From positions 124,001-188,000 of the forward strand of contig JALDZX010000031.1 of assembly GCA_022813865.1 (NCBI GenBank): a stretch of 64,000 nucleotides of DNA, given 5' to 3'. Shown here in pieces: positions 12,924 through 27,273 of this stretch. The stretch is from Xylographa opegraphella (Eukaryota). Each line of letters begins with the position of its first letter. The first letter of the stretch is position 1. Below the pieces are notes generated by a model that ran no database searches, had not been told where the DNA came from, and worked only from the letters and a program-made list of their open reading frames with translations. The translations under genes and the position numbers were made by a program.

Positions 12924-13718
12924 CGATATTGTATGATGTCTACTATACACATCTGAAATGACTGTGGATGGCTCGAATGGAGGACTGTTAACAAAAGAGT
13001 GCTGTTGGTAAACGAGGTATATTACCGCCAGGACAATAGTATGGTAGAGACAGTAGTAGCAAAGAATAACAAGCATATTCATGCATGCATTATGAAGGCT
13101 AGCGACCTAAGACCTATTGTCTTAATGATACACATGAACTCCAAATGAATAATCAGGCTTGTGCGAATAATGTGAATGTTTGGGACTTGCCCCAGATGAG
13201 AGTACAATAGCGGAACGGCTTCGGCCGCTGCCAACCGAAATTTGGTCAAAACAAACATTCGAGACCACAGCCGTAGCCGCGTAGCATTGCATTTACAGGT
13301 CAAAGCATTAAACGTACACTAGGGTCCTGGGCCACAGGACTGATGTTCTCGATTGAATTTAGGAATTCGTATGAGCTCTGTACAGCTATCCTAAGCCACA
13401 GAATTATAGAAGCCAATTCGAGAGCAAATATATACAATCCGCCTCAGAATACCCTTATCTTACGCATAATTTCTCTCCCACAACACCAAATCCAAATCAA
13501 TAAAAATAGATACCTGGCTTTGAGGTATCCAGAACCGAAACCGAGCACTTTTCGAGGTATTGCCCAGCGTTATTTTCATGGGTAAGAGCCTTTGATGTTG
13601 AATGTGCCAACACAATTGGAGTATGAACAAGAAAAGAGAAAATACCAGTGACTCCCAACAGTACCAAATCGCTATGCAGAGAGGAACTTATGGGAAAGAA
13701 GCCTCATAAACGCCAAGC

Positions 13719-15713
13719 TCATGATATTACCGGCCAACGGTTTTTGAGCCCACCCACCCATTTGCCGTAAAGAACATCAGCTAATTGCTTTGTATGCTCC
13801 ATTCCAGGAATCAGTTGCCCTGGAAGTTGAGAAAGCTTTTCCACTGCTGCTTCGTTTGAAGGAATAATAGAAGATTGCCGTCGTCGATGACTCTTTAGGT
13901 GTGGATTGTTCTGCGCGAGTACCAACTTAGGCTTCTGAGGTGTATCTAGTTGTGAAGATTGCATCAAGATCGAGAGCTTCGGATCACTAGAAATATGTCA
14001 GTTAAGCCATAAATGACTCTTAATCAAGACTCGTACCTTTGAACTTTCTCAAAGATAAGTTTGAGAAGATGAAATTCCCCTTCTGGGTCATCCATATCCA
14101 ACGAGTTCCAGGCTTGTGCAACCCTAGAGATTGCTTCTCTCTTGACCTGACTACCAGTCTGTGAGTGAATCTCTTGAAAGGCTTGATCAATAATCTTTGA
14201 CCATGCCCTTCTACCAAGGAGGGCTTCTTTGGTAATGGTCTCTGGCGTTGGAGAATGGTTCTCGTCCATGATTGCAAATGATTGATTGGGTGTTATGTCT
14301 GGCGAATTATCGGAAACACGCCTGAATTGTCGCACGGTTGATGCGCTGTTGCCAAAACTCATGTCTGGGCCGAGAGGTTTCTTCTGTCCACTTGATCTTC
14401 GCTTTGCTGGAGATATTATTTGAATTGGAGAGCCGCGACGCTTCGAAGTTGCTTTGCGCACCGTTGATGAAGCCGATGATTTCTCGGGAACTGTGGCTGT
14501 ATCTTCGAGTGTCAATTTTGAGAGCAAATGTTCGGGTCCTTCGTTGACGAGTGTCATGCTCGACGACGCTTTTCGCCGTTTCTGAGTTTGCCTTAGTATG
14601 GCAATCGTTGGAGCTTTGACTGTGTCGAAAACCCAATCATCCTTTTCTTCCACAGGTGACATTGTGTTCATCGTTTCCTCATAATACTTAGGATGTGATG
14701 TCCTCTCCCGCTCACCATCCCACATTTGTTTCCGCTGTATCAACTCTTGTAGACCTTCAACCTTGCCAGCATTCCTTATGAAACGATGTTGCAGGAGTTC
14801 TTTCGCTGTCGGACGATGATCCGGATCTTTCACGAGGCAGGCGGCGACGAAGTCTCGAAAGTCGCGGCTATAGTTGTTGCCTTCCAGCCTCGGTGCAGGC
14901 GCTTTGGGTATCAGGAAGAGAACTTTCATCGGGTGTGTGTCAGAATTCGGTGGCTCTCCATTTGCCATTTCCATAGCGGTTATGCCCAAAGACCAAATAT
15001 CAGCCTTGCAGTCGTATCCTGCCTGTTGTATAACTTCTGGTGCCATCCAAAACGGCGTTCCAACAAATGTGTTGCGCTGGGATTTTATATTTGTCAATTG
15101 AGCAGCAACACCGAAATCTGCTAGTTTGACTTTGCCGGACTGCGATAGTAGTATGTTCGCTGCTTTGATATCTCTATGTATCTTGCCTTCCTGATGCAGG
15201 TAGAGAAGTCCCATGAGCAACTCACGGCAGACAATTGCGATGTGACCCTCATTGAAAGGACCTGGTTTCAACTGCGTTGATTAGTATACTGTCCAAGAAT
15301 CGAATTGATAACCGTACTAAGTCTAGACATGACCCTCCACCGAGATATTCCATGACAATCCATAGCTTGTAGCCCCGTAAAAAGCTAGTCTTATACTGTG
15401 TGACGAAAGGGCTGGCGCACGTGCTGAGAACAGATATTTCTTGCTGTATCTCCTGGATATCGTCTTCGCTCGACTCGAGGTCAATCTTTTCGCAAGTCAG
15501 AAAGTGAATTATGAAGTAAGGAGCCATGTTGACCTCACGTGTTTGATCGCAACCACTTCTCCTGTCGCAATTTCAATTGCTTTGTACACAACCCCAAAAC
15601 TACCACCTGGAGAGCCAAGATCAACAGATTGTTCTGGACCAGACTGATATCTACAACTTACTTCCTAATTCCTCCAGGACCTGGTACTGATCGGCGAGTG
15701 AGGCTTCGTCCAT
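13719..15713 (-). CDS. sid1: Ste20/GCK-family Ser/Thr kinase, Sid1-like (septation initiation network) (5 exons)
   Basis: [49 protein letters not shown]-terminal LADVLYGKW. Kinase family is secure; Sid1 orthology is inferred. Confidence 0.85.
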
Positions 15714-17158
15714 GATGGTGGACCAATCAGTTGATATGGAAAGTTCTGAGGTTGCTACTTCCTACACGAAGAATTCACATGAAATTCTGGAGAAGGAAAC
15801 AGGAGGCCAGTTTGAAGGCCAGTACGGAGCTAGAGCATCTAGAAAGAATTGGGCGCATGCAGGATCTGAACTAGCTCCAAGTTACCTCAAACTTCCGATG
15901 ATTGAGCTTCCCTGAAACAAGCGAGCCACGATGTAAATAAGGCCAACGTTGCCACGAGTTACTGCCTCGGCAACGCGTTTGGCGGTCACCATCATCCACC
16001 GTTACCAATTCTAAAGGTTCTCTCCGAAGGTGACCCTCAATACCTCTTGATCATAGGCAAGCAGAGATTACTGTGAGATGTAGCCTCGTATGACCGCCAC
16101 AAGCTGAAGTTTAGCACCGCCAGAATCACGCAGGAAGATTATTCTGCCAATTCTCTAGCAAGGTTGTCATTGAAATTATGACTTCCTCACACCTAAACAT
16201 CCTTGTTACACCCCTATAATCTTTGGTACTTTCGAGTATTGGATTTCATTGCCTATTATTGGAGCAAGACTCCCAATTGTCTAGGTCTGGAAGGGCCGAG
16301 CATGAATCTACACAGTTGTGGGTGGGATGAGAGGATCGGACAGTATCTTAAGTACTTTGCAAAAAGATATTAGTGGAATGTAGTTGAGGATAAAATCGCA
16401 CTCTTTTGACTGTAACAAAGAATCCACGACATGAATCGTATCCTTAAACCTGGTTGAATTGGAGGATGACCGGCCAGCAAGTCAGTTTAACATCTTGAGA
16501 GACGCATGCTCATTTCCGGTATAAAATTCAGCGTTCAGTTCCACTACTCTTCTTGGCTGCTTCATTGTTCTACCAATCGTCACTCACGGGATGATTCTCG
16601 ATTCATGTTGTAGAGCCTACTCGACCATTTGCGATACCAGATAAGGCGTTGGAGTTATGGATGATGTAATCCGATGCTGAAGGACAGCCAGAGCAGATAT
16701 AGAAGAATATAGACCCATGTAGCGAACGGATGTTTGGCAATGTAACGAGAACAGCATACTCTGTTGAGCTCGCCTGACTGGCTACTCACTCCCTCGAGTC
16801 TAACTTCATGGATTGCTGGTTAGGCTGAATGCCCGGAAAATGCTCCACTTCCAGAACTAAAAGACTCGGAAAGTATGGCTACTGACCTCGCCTTGCTCTC
16901 TACAACGAAGTCCTCAAATTCGTCAGTGAACACTACCATTTCCCATTGATCAGTAACTCGCAGTACTCAGAGTACTGTATAGTGTATCTAGATACAGCTT
17001 CGGAGCCCGAACAATACCGACCTCTCGGGCCTTTCTGTATCCGTCTTGGCTTCCCGCTCTCGCCGTCATGTTTCATATTATTCACATGAATAAGCAGCGA
17101 TTACACAAATATTTCTTTACATCATCTCTTCACACCCAAATTTCTCCGACCGCGCAGC

Positions 17159-18689
17159 ATGGAGAAACCGTCGCAAAAGCCGCCCGTCACGAGGACAAAG
17201 ACGACAGACAGCGCCCGTGAAATAATCGCGATCGGAGAATTTGGCTATCCTGTCGGCCACTTGGGACATCTGACCGATACGCAAGCGGAAGCGCTCGTGG
17301 AGTTCAAGAAATTGTGCCAGGAGAAGAACCTCTTTAAGCCGGCAAGCGATATCAATCAGAGCAGTCATGATGACGTTACTATGCTGTATGGCTTTTGTTC
17401 TAGTTCGGCGGGTGCAGCGCTGATTGTGTGAAGTCGCTTCCTGCGGGCAAGGCGCTTTGTGCCGCAAGACGCTTTGCAACAATTCACGGAAACAGAAGCA
17501 TGGCGGGAAGCAAACAAGATCGGAGATCTGTACAACAACATAGATATCAAAGACTATGAAGAGACTAGGCGACTAGTGAGTATGGGAATCGGCATCCTTA
17601 CTCATAGAGCAGTATGCTGATCAATTTTCCTACAGTACCCCCAATGGACTGGCCGAAGAGGTAGCCCAACTTCCATATATCACCAAGCTCCAAGGAGATC
17701 TGTCTAACCGTCTTCCAGATAAGCGCGGTATCCCCGTCTACGTCTTCGAAGTCGCGCCCCTAAATTCCAAAACCATGTCCGCCTACGCCAAGTCCTCGGC
17801 GAAGACCACTGTCCACAATCAGAACTCCGAGAAGGCTATCACGCCCCCGCGGATGCTGCGTCTTTTTGCGCTCTACGAAAACCTAGTGCAGTTCATAATG
17901 CCCCTTTGCTCGAACCTGCGCGATCGAGATCACCCCACGACCCCTATCTCGCAGTCCAACAACATCGTCGACATTTCCGGCGTGGGCCTGAAACAGTTCT
18001 GGAATCTGCGCACCCACATGCAAGACGCCAGCACACTGGCCACAGCGCACTATCCCGAAACTCTCGACCGAATCTTCGTACGTCCCGTATCCCCACTCCC
18101 GACACCTTCACAGAAAACTGACCTCAGGCACCAGATCATCGGCGCCCCATCCTTCTTCCCCACCGTCTGGGGCTGGATCAAGCGCTGGTTCGACCCGATC
18201 ACCACCTCCAAGATCTTCATCCTCGGCCCGCACGAAGCGTTCAAGACCCTCTCCGCCTTCATCGAACCGGCCAACATCCCCAAAAAGTACGGCGGCAGCC
18301 TCGACTACGAGTTCGGCATGCCGCCCATCCTCGACCCCGCCGAGGAAGCCCACATCACCTGGGCGGCCGCCAACCACAAGTGGCCCGAGGGCCCCATGCG
18401 CTGGGTCCCCGGCAAGGACGGCACCCTCGAGGCCCTCGCCGTCGGCAGCATCAACGGCAAGGAGCGCCGCGAAGTCGTCGCCACCATGCATCCTGACGGG
18501 AAGCCCGAGTTCGCGGGCACGCAGGCGGCGAATCAGATCGTGAACGAGGCCTTGGGCCTCGACGCCGGGGCCGCGCCGGCGAGGCAGGGAGGGCCGGAGA
18601 GCGGGGCGGGGAACGGAGCGGGCAGCCAGCCGATCCCGAACGGCGTGGTGGAGGATTTCTTGAAGGCGAAATACAGCAGTGCTGCATGA
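17159..18689 (+). CDS. CRAL-TRIO (Sec14-like) lipid-binding protein (5 exons)
   Basis: TML/RFLRARRF, YPQWTGRR/DKRGIP (25-nt micro-exon), IVDISGVGLKQFWNL, HYPETLDRIF/IIGAPSFF, WFDPITTSKI, NIPKKYGG. Confidence 0.92.
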
Positions 18690-19356
18690 TTTGGTTTTCC
18701 TGCCACACTTGGCTGCTCGCGACTTGTTTGAGCTGGAAGCCGCTGCATGGTGGGGCGTTGCTGGGCGCGGGGGGAGGCGCGGGGCTGCTGTCTATGGCCG
18801 GTCCAGTGGATGCATGCATACATGATAGAGGCGCCGTGGCGGTAGCGGTAGCGCATGAGAATGACAGCGACCGTTTCTACCTCTTGTTCGAACCCACGCT
18901 ATTCTGAAACGGTGATACGGTAGTCCGAGCGTATGGTAACGACAGCTACCCCGAGATCTGACCAGTAGTATCCGCTCGCTCCTTTGTGAAGCACTGTGAA
19001 CGCGGCCAGGCGTTGATTTCTACAGCGGGCAAATACACGGTATGCAGCAGCTCCGCAGAAACGGACAGAGACACCGGAGAGCATGAGCATGATCATAATC
19101 ATAAGATCTCAGACCGCGCGAGACGTGCACATCAAGAATCTATCTACGCTCGCAAAGCAGAAAGGTTTTTTTGGGGGGGGGGGGACCCTCAAGAGGTAAC
19201 CTAGAACGGCCCACAGCTCCGTCCTACACCAATGTACTACCCAGGGCACATGACCCAGCTCCAAACCCACCAACGTCACATGAATAAAGGGGGGAGTCCG
19301 ATCTATCTCTAAACCGAAAATGCAACAACAGCAACAGCAAAAAATACCGAAAAAGC

Positions 19357-22300
19357 CTACAGCTTCGACTCCGACTCCTCAAACTCGCTCAGACGCATCA
19401 GTGGCCGCGGCCCGGCCGTGGCCTCCAAGCTGGCCTTGTACTCGTGCACGTTCGTGATGAGCGTGGTGTCCTTGACGGGCGGCACGGGTGGCAGATCCTC
19501 GGCGCCGTCGGTGAGCGGCTGGACGTCGATGCCCAGGCTGGGGAGGACGGCGCTCAGTAGTTGCTGGCCCTGCTCCATGACCTGCTGGAAGTGCTCTTCC
19601 GGCACTTGGCCGTCCTCGGCCAGGTAGCTCGCGACGGCGGAGAGCATGGCCGACTGGTCTCCAGCCGCGACGTCGATGGTGCTGAAATATGAGGCGAGCT
19701 TGTCCTCGTCCACTCCGATTCCCATGGAGGTCATGTACTTGGTCAGCAGGTCTAACACTTTCTCTTTCTGTTCTGAGGGAGTGATGTTGCCGGCGACTTG
19801 TTTTGGCGCGGTCTGTGCCACCATGTGCACGGAAAGTTTGGCACGATATGCTGCTGTAGGATGTATGTAATGTTCGAAAAACGCGGTAAGGTCTTGCTTA
19901 GTGAGCGACCTGATGTGGGCGACATCAGTCTCGACCTGCAGGAAATTAAAGTATTCGCTACCGATGTATCCCCAAAAGCGAGACGTCTCCTGGTCTAGGT
20001 TCTTTATTTTTTCTAATCGTTTATTGATGAGACTCTTCTTGTGTGCTTCGAATTCTTGCGGCGTTATGTCCTCGAGCGAGTTGGCAAACATGGATAAAAA
20101 TGCATTGATCCGTTCTTCCAAATACTCTGGCGATCGCTCTGATTGAATGATAACGCGGTATCCCATAGTTGTTGCAGCCATTTTGGCTCCTGTAAAAACT
20201 ATGTAGCCAAGCTGTTCCTTCGTTCTAAGTTGGTCGAATCCTGGCTCTTCAGTGAGTTGTGCTAGCAGAAGAAGCCTAGCCCTCAAATCCATGTTCGCAT
20301 AATTACCGACATAAAGGTAGTACTCTATACAGTTGTTCACATTGGCAGGATCTCCCAGAGTCCTGACGTATGTCGAATCGCTTCCCTTGGGCAAGATCAG
20401 ATTTCTCCGTATTTCCCATTGTAATTCCGGGAGAGCGCGAGGTTTTAGGGTCGATTCAATGAGGCTACTCATGCGTAACGCATCTTCTTTGTAGAGGTTA
20501 CCGTGGACAAGAGTTTCAATATGCAGTTGCTGTAACAGTTGAGGTTTGAAGGAGGCTACGTCGTCTGATGTAAGAAGTGGAAGTTCTGCCAAATACTGTT
20601 CGGTAATGAATCCTCCTTCTCTGCCCAGCCATCTCGTGTAGTCTCCCACTTGCCGATAGGGCTCCTGGAAGATATTATTCCGAAATCCTCTGAGGATCCT
20701 TTCCTTAACAATTTTGAATCGGTCTGGTTTTATTTCGAGATCTCGCATGCTCACAAGGACCTTCTCCAGCAATACCGACATCTTGTCGTTGTAGCCGCTG
20801 ATGTGAATATCCAGCCCGATCATGGTGTGGTCTAATTCGTATGCAAGTCCTGCTATCTCAGCATCGTAAGAGTATTCCACAAGAGCATCATTCACCAGAT
20901 CGCAGTATAGCTTCGTCTTGACAACGTTCATTGGGGTCACCCCCGCCAACGGGGATCTTAGAGTAATGAGAATATTTCCTTTGGGCACCCAGAATCGATC
21001 ATCTTTCTTCCACCATGTCCGCAACCCTTCTTCGTTACGAATCAGCCTGGGAACTTTGCTGGGCTCGGAAACTTCCTTTTTCTCTACCGTCAATCTGGTT
21101 GGTATAAATTCATTGACGTGTGGCAGGTGTAGCTCGGCTGGTCTGTCCTTTGGCGTACTCTGACCGGCTTTCCGGACCGCTGCCTCGAAAGCCGGAGGAA
21201 TCTTCTCTGTCCGGTACTCCGTTCCGTACCACCTCTCTTTGTGATCCCAATCGCCCGGAAATTCTTGACTGACAATCGTCAGCCTGTAATTGTCCGTTCT
21301 CAGGTAGGACATGGCTGTGATGATAGTGTCGGCATCAAAATCTCTGATCAATTTGTCACCGCTCAATAGCCACTCTCGTGGCAAGGGCTTCTGCATCACA
21401 CTGCTAAGCCTACTCGTAAAGCTACTGGCGGGCGATTTTTGCTTGAAGCGAAAGTCGACTTCAGCCATACCTTTGATTTCGTCAACAATCCACTTCTGCG
21501 GTGGAGTCTCCTTCATCAATGAAATATACTGGAAGACAGTCTTCACTACCTCCTGATAGTCCTTCAGACCATCCGCAGTTAATCGAATGGAGATCGTGAA
21601 AAAGGCCGAACCCGGACAAACATCCATTTCTCCAGCAGACAAGCCATTAGCCCAGCCCTTGGCTTTGATGTATGCCAGAATGCTTCCAGGCCCCTCATGC
21701 CCTATCAGATGACTGATATATCGGCTCGGCTGCGAGGTAAACATGAATTCCTCGTCTTGATAGGGAAAATATATGTCCAGTAACCGGCTATCCATGACCG
21801 GCTTGGCAAACACTTGGGTTAGAACTTCCTTTTCGGAATATGGCTGTATTCCGTCCCACCGGTTAGGCGGCAGATCTTTGTTGCGAACATCTGCAAACAG
21901 ATCCACGACCCAAGACTCCAGTTGATCGAGAGACTCCTTGCCCAATACAACTAGCTTCATCCGGTTGGCAGAGTAATGCTTGTCATGAAAATCCATGAAC
22001 TCTTTCCGTATTTCTATGCCACGTTTTCTCGGCGCATCTCTTAGAGTTTCGAGATTTCCGGTGGAGAAGTGATGGAAGGGATGTTTAGGGTTCGATAGGG
22101 ATTTGTTGAGCTGCGACAGCCTCCAGTTGTCGCTTTGCAGATTTTTCTTATTTTCCGAATCCACAGCCTTGAGCTCACGGTCCAGCGTCTCAGACAGGAA
22201 CAAGGGTGCGACAAAGAACTGTGCGAACCTGTCCAGTGCGCCGTAAAGAGGTGACTCGCTATCCGTTGGTGATGCAGAGTCTGAGCTCTCATTGTTGACG

Positions 22301-22847
22301 GAGAGTTCGAAGAAATAATTTGTCTCCGTCGAAGCAGTGTAGGCATTAGAGTAACCCGAATGTGATGCGAGATACTGGCTATATGCGTTCTCCTTCGGGT
22401 ACTTTGCGGTGTCAGAAATCAAGCCGCGGTACGAAGGCATTCGCCACTGACCTTCTTTGTGCCCATGAAGAGGAGATGCTCTACGGCATGTGCCATACCC
22501 GGCATATCATCTGCATCGCTAAAGCTCCCGACCTTGACGTTCACAGAAGCGCTGGCCTTGTCGGTTTCAGGATCATGGACCAGAAGAGCTTCAAGCTTAT
22601 TCGGCAGTCTAATAACTCTATAGGATCGGTCGTCTAGCGACGGAGCTTCCAACCTGTCCGCAAGGCGTTCGACGGGTTGCATGGTGCTAGAGAAGGCACC
22701 TGACTGCTTGTAAGCCCGCGCAGAGAGTGTATATGCACTGAAGGGACCAGCGGTCGTGCAACGTGAGATGTAATCGGTACAGGAGCGCCAAGAAGAAAGC
22801 AGGCGAAAGAGATGACAGTTGCTTCTGGTGGATCTGAGCAGAAGCAT
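19357..22847 (-). CDS. STE23: Insulysin / a-factor-processing metalloprotease Ste23 (peptidase M16A)
   Basis: DDRSYRVIRLPN, inverted zinc motif AHAVEHLLFMGTKK/YP (HxxEH) across one intron, NAYT, ELKAVDSE, LRTKEQLGYIV; ends in SKL. In-frame ATGs at 22847 and 22682. Confidence 0.95.
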
Positions 22848-24305
22848 GTGTTGTGAGGACAACTAAGGTATGGCACCGTCCATGCGAAGTGCGCTGATAA
22901 GGGCACGGTACCTTCGCTTTGTAGGGTACCCAGGCAATAATGTGAATCGGGATGTTTCATGTGGTATGGAGGTACAAAGTTTACATTATTTGAGTGACCG
23001 CAACTTTGGCCTTGCAGGGGTTCAGTGGGCTGAAGCTGCCCCGGCCAATAGTCCTCCCGTCAGTGGAGTTGCCAAGCTCGGCCACTACTTCGTAATAACT
23101 TTGTCGCTAGTGGACATGAATCCTGAGATCGGAATCATGTAGAACTCGGGCATCGAGGCACAGATATTATATCAGGAACCCAGCGGTCTCGACGCGACGA
23201 GGCTCACAACACGGATAACTCCAGGACGCTCGAAGGGGGTGGACGTGTCGACTCCAAACGTACTACGCACCATGCCCAAACAGCAAACTTCTGATAGCGC
23301 CAGGGACACCCCCACGATCTCCCACGTCGGGTTCCTGACAGCCACGTGCGCCGTGGACACGAGTGTACCATCTGTGGCCAGCCTGATCGCATAATCTCGG
23401 CTTCTATCAATCTCATGCAGGTCTTCCATTTTTAATAATTTTTAATTCCTGGCAACTTCCATTGGTGGCAGTACCCGAGGGCCAACACCTCTCGTTCGAG
23501 AGAGCGCCACTACGTGGAGTTGTGAAAACGCTAGTCATCAATTGGGGGAGCAACACGCCTACCTCGTTGTACGGAGCTTGATATATATTCTACCAAGGCT
23601 GCCGAGCCCGGTTTCGTTCAGGCCTACCTTACCGTACGCAGCCAAGAGTTACTCATTTGGACTTGACTACCTTGGGCCGTTTATTATACTGTATGTCTTC
23701 CTCGCCGAGTAGTTCCAGTAGTGCAAGAGCCATGTTCCTAAACTCCGCTCCTCAAATGTAATGTCGATCTGTGCCTGAAAACACTCGCAGTTCATACACG
23801 ACACGGATCGACTCCACCATTCATTTGGACCAGCCGCAGCGCCCAAGCACCCGGTCACGTGATGATGACGTCGGCTGCCGAAACTGCCGAAATCTTCTCC
23901 TGCTTCAAATGATTGTCTCGTCGATGATGACACAATCGTGCAAGGTCACAAAGAGTCTGCTGGAGCGGACGGCATGGGAGACACACAGTTCATGGTATTA
24001 ATGGACAGGTTTCGACCTGTAGATCTGCCACAGACTACCGATGGCTGCACACTTGCATTGTCGGAGACTGAAATAATCTCATCATGAAGTCGATCGCCAA
24101 GAAGCGTATGCTTGGTTCCTGGCACTAAACAATAGTGACAAATACCGAACCCACCGATGGAGTGGGTACCTTGATGCTTCCCGTCGCTGGGGAAATATTC
24201 CTTATGTGATACGGGTGCGGTGCTCTTTCCCACGCTTTTGCCATTTCTTTCTTACCTCACTCACCTCGACCTCACTTGCTCACATTTCCATATTCATTGC
24301 TAACC

Positions 24306-25116
24306 ATGTATGCATTTTCGACTCTGGTTTCTGTGCTGGCCGCAGTAGCGACTGCTACCGCGCAGACCCCGCCGGGCTTTTCTCCCAGTGCTACTTCGGA
24401 GCTTGGCTTGTCGTTCGGCAATAGCACCATCTCGCCTGGAGAGCAGATTGGGATCAATGGTCAGCCCAAAACTCTTCCCCACGGCCTTTCGACCTTGGGC
24501 GTTGAACTGCCAGCATGGCAGTCTGTACCGGTTGTCAAATGTTAACCCTTCGGCAGTTCCTGCGAATGCACCTATCATCTCTACATCGTCTCCCATGAAC
24601 GGAGTATATCTCTTCGCGCTTGTCGATCCTGACGCCGAGTCTCCGCAAAATCCAAACATCTCGCAATACCTCCACTTCCTCCAGCCCGGTCTGACGTTTC
24701 CCTCGACTTCCTCCGCTTCTGCCGCATCGTATCCCGCCACATTCAACTCCGCACCTATCGTCCCATATACGCAGCCGGCGCCCCCGACCTTCTCCACTGC
24801 TCACAGGTACATCGCATTGTTATTCTCCCAGCCAAGCAACTTCAGCGTACCAGCGAACTTCCAACCATACAATGCTACTTACAGGATGTTTTTCAACATC
24901 ACCACGTTCGCTGCGGAAGCAGGACTTGGCGCTCCTGTCCTGGCCAACTACTTCCTGGTGAGCAACCAGACGATGACTGCGAACGCGACGACCAATGCGA
25001 CGGCAACGGGCACAGGGATGCCGATCGCCACCTTCACTGGAGAGGCTTCCTCGATCAGAGTTGCCGGATTATGTATCATGGCTGGAGCGATAGCAGCATA
25101 TGCAGCTTTGGTTTGA
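24306..25116 (+). CDS. Secreted, probably GPI-anchored PEBP (phosphatidylethanolamine-binding protein) family protein
   Basis: Signal peptide MYAFSTLVSVLAAVATATA-QTPPGF, one intron, LVDPDA, YLHFLQ, PYTQPAPP, HRYIALLF, FNITTF, hydrophobic C-terminus. Confidence 0.85.
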
Positions 25117-26172
25117 TGATTTGTAGTTGATAGGGGAGCGAAAACCAACAAATTCGTTGTGGAAAGGCCCGTGCAAAAGCACAGCGGAGTGTTTTGTAAT
25201 AGATAGGCTACATCTGTAAATATAACCTCACCTGTTGACATTGAGGCTTCCTCCATGCCTCCCTAGTTCCTGTCACGATAGAAATGCGGATTGGTTTATC
25301 CAAATTCACACAATGGTTGAACAAATTCAGTGGCATACCCGGAGACCGACGTCCTAAACACTTCAACTTCAATCTGTCGCCCGTGTGAAATACTTCCCAA
25401 GACCTTGGCACAATCAATCGCACGGAAGAATTGTCTCAGGACACGCTACCACATCGTGGTACGCAGATACCGTTGCCCGGCGGTAAATGGTCCTGAACAC
25501 ACTCGAGCGCGATGGGAAGTAGGACCGTGTCACATCACCCACCGGCGGCAGCGGCTAGAATAAACGGAAGACGTCCAGCGATACAGGGAAGACTTCTGAC
25601 CACCGCAGTGCTTCGACGCATGCGCTGCAGACATAATCAATCATGCAGCTTGAACTTCCAAGGCGGTTTTGGGCTAATGGATATTCCAGAATCATGCTCG
25701 AAAAGCTTCTTCGGGAAACTAATCACGTCCAGCCTTTCTGCTTCGGTACAGCTATACCATTCGGCTTCCCTTTACTGGCCTCGAATCCTCAGACAGTTGT
25801 GATATGCAAATTACTGATCGCCTGCGCATTATAGAGCAAACCGTTTCGCATCCGACTGCCGAGAGTCTCGGCTAAAACTCCGGTCTATGCCAATATATGT
25901 GGCGCGTGTATCGTGTGGCGCACGCAGTGGCTCAGCACCTATGACGTTCTCAAGGTCTCCGCCGACAAAAACAGATACAAAACCAAATCGGCGTGGCATA
26001 AAAATTCCTTTCCAAAAACCCCCCATACACCACAAGTCCCTCTGACCCTCGAATCACATCTGACCGCCATCGTCGAAATACACCGCAAGATAGCTACCCT
26101 ATCCCTCACACACCTTACGTTTTACGCAACCCCATAAAACACACCACATCCACCCGCTCTCCTTCCGCAATA

Positions 26173-26610
26173 ATGGCCGGCTCCAACCCCGTCTCCGCCA
26201 TCCTCATCATCATCATCACCATCTTCCGTGCGTTGAACCCACCGCCCCCAAACTCCCCACTCCTCTCCCCCCAAAAACCTTCATCCCCGCTAACGAAACC
26301 CCCCCAGTGCCCCCCGTCGGCGTATTCATGATCGCCGGCTGCGGCGCCGACCTACTGATCAACATCCTACTGACCTGTCTCGGGTGCGTCTCTTCCCGCA
26401 GCCCCATCCCCATCCGCCCCCATAAACTAACCATCATACAACTGTAGCTATTTCCCCGGCCACATCCACGCCTTCTACCTCGAGTACGTCTACTTCGAGC
26501 GGCGCGACCAGGCCCGTCTCGGGCAGATCAACCAGTCCCACGCTCCAGGCATCTACTCGCAGAACGTGCAGCGGGGGAATGTGGCGGGTTACGGTACGGT
26601 GGCGACTTAG
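26173..26610 (+). CDS. Pmp3/Sna-family plasma-membrane proteolipid (3 exons, absent from ORF track)
   Basis: Spliced product MAGSNPVSAILIIIITIFLPPVGVFMIAGCGADLLINILLTCLGYFPGHIHAFYLEYVY..., with the Pmp3 signatures LPPxGV, INILLTxLGxxPG and HA. Confidence 0.9.
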
Positions 26611-27273
26611 GGGGTTCCCGTGTTCATGAGAACTTTTCAACATGTGGAAGGTATGGCGGGGAGACAACTTGGGAGCTTTTTCTGCAGTTATTGAATGTGC
26701 AAGCGAGAGGGGGGGGAGGGAAGGAGTAGAACGATAAAAGGGTGCATGTTTCTGATGGCGCGTGTTGTTCGTAAAGCCGATATCCACGGGTTGCGGGTTC
26801 TGTTTGTGGTAGATTGGTTGCTTTTGAGACGAGTGAATGGCGCTGGAGTGGATAACGCTTTTCCTTATTTACTCCACATGTCTTATAACTCGTTGAAAAA
26901 AAACCACGATTCAGTGGGAATGAATATATTGATGGGTGGTTGCCCAGAAACATGCACTTTAAATTCATAAACTGCCTCCTCGCGCCAACTTATTCTATCA
27001 GAAACACCAGACACTGCCAAGCCACAACATAATCCAATACCCATGCTGAGCAACGATACCCTCCCGCTAATGACAAACATAAGGTCTAATTGAGATAACC
27101 ATGCCGTCTATCGCTACACGCCCCTTCGTCACCAAAGCTCCAGCCGATCCAATCTACCCCAGATCCGCATACGCCAGCAAATCCAAGTAAGTTGCACTTA
27201 CACAAGGAGATGTCTCAATTATCGACGAACACTGCTCGCCTCCTTACCAACCACCAGACCCTTCAAAGCCCAC

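Noticed and set aside
25913..26137. YDVLKV resembling a J-domain start
   Set aside because: No HPD motif, non-ATG start, and it lies in the Pmp3 promoter/leader.
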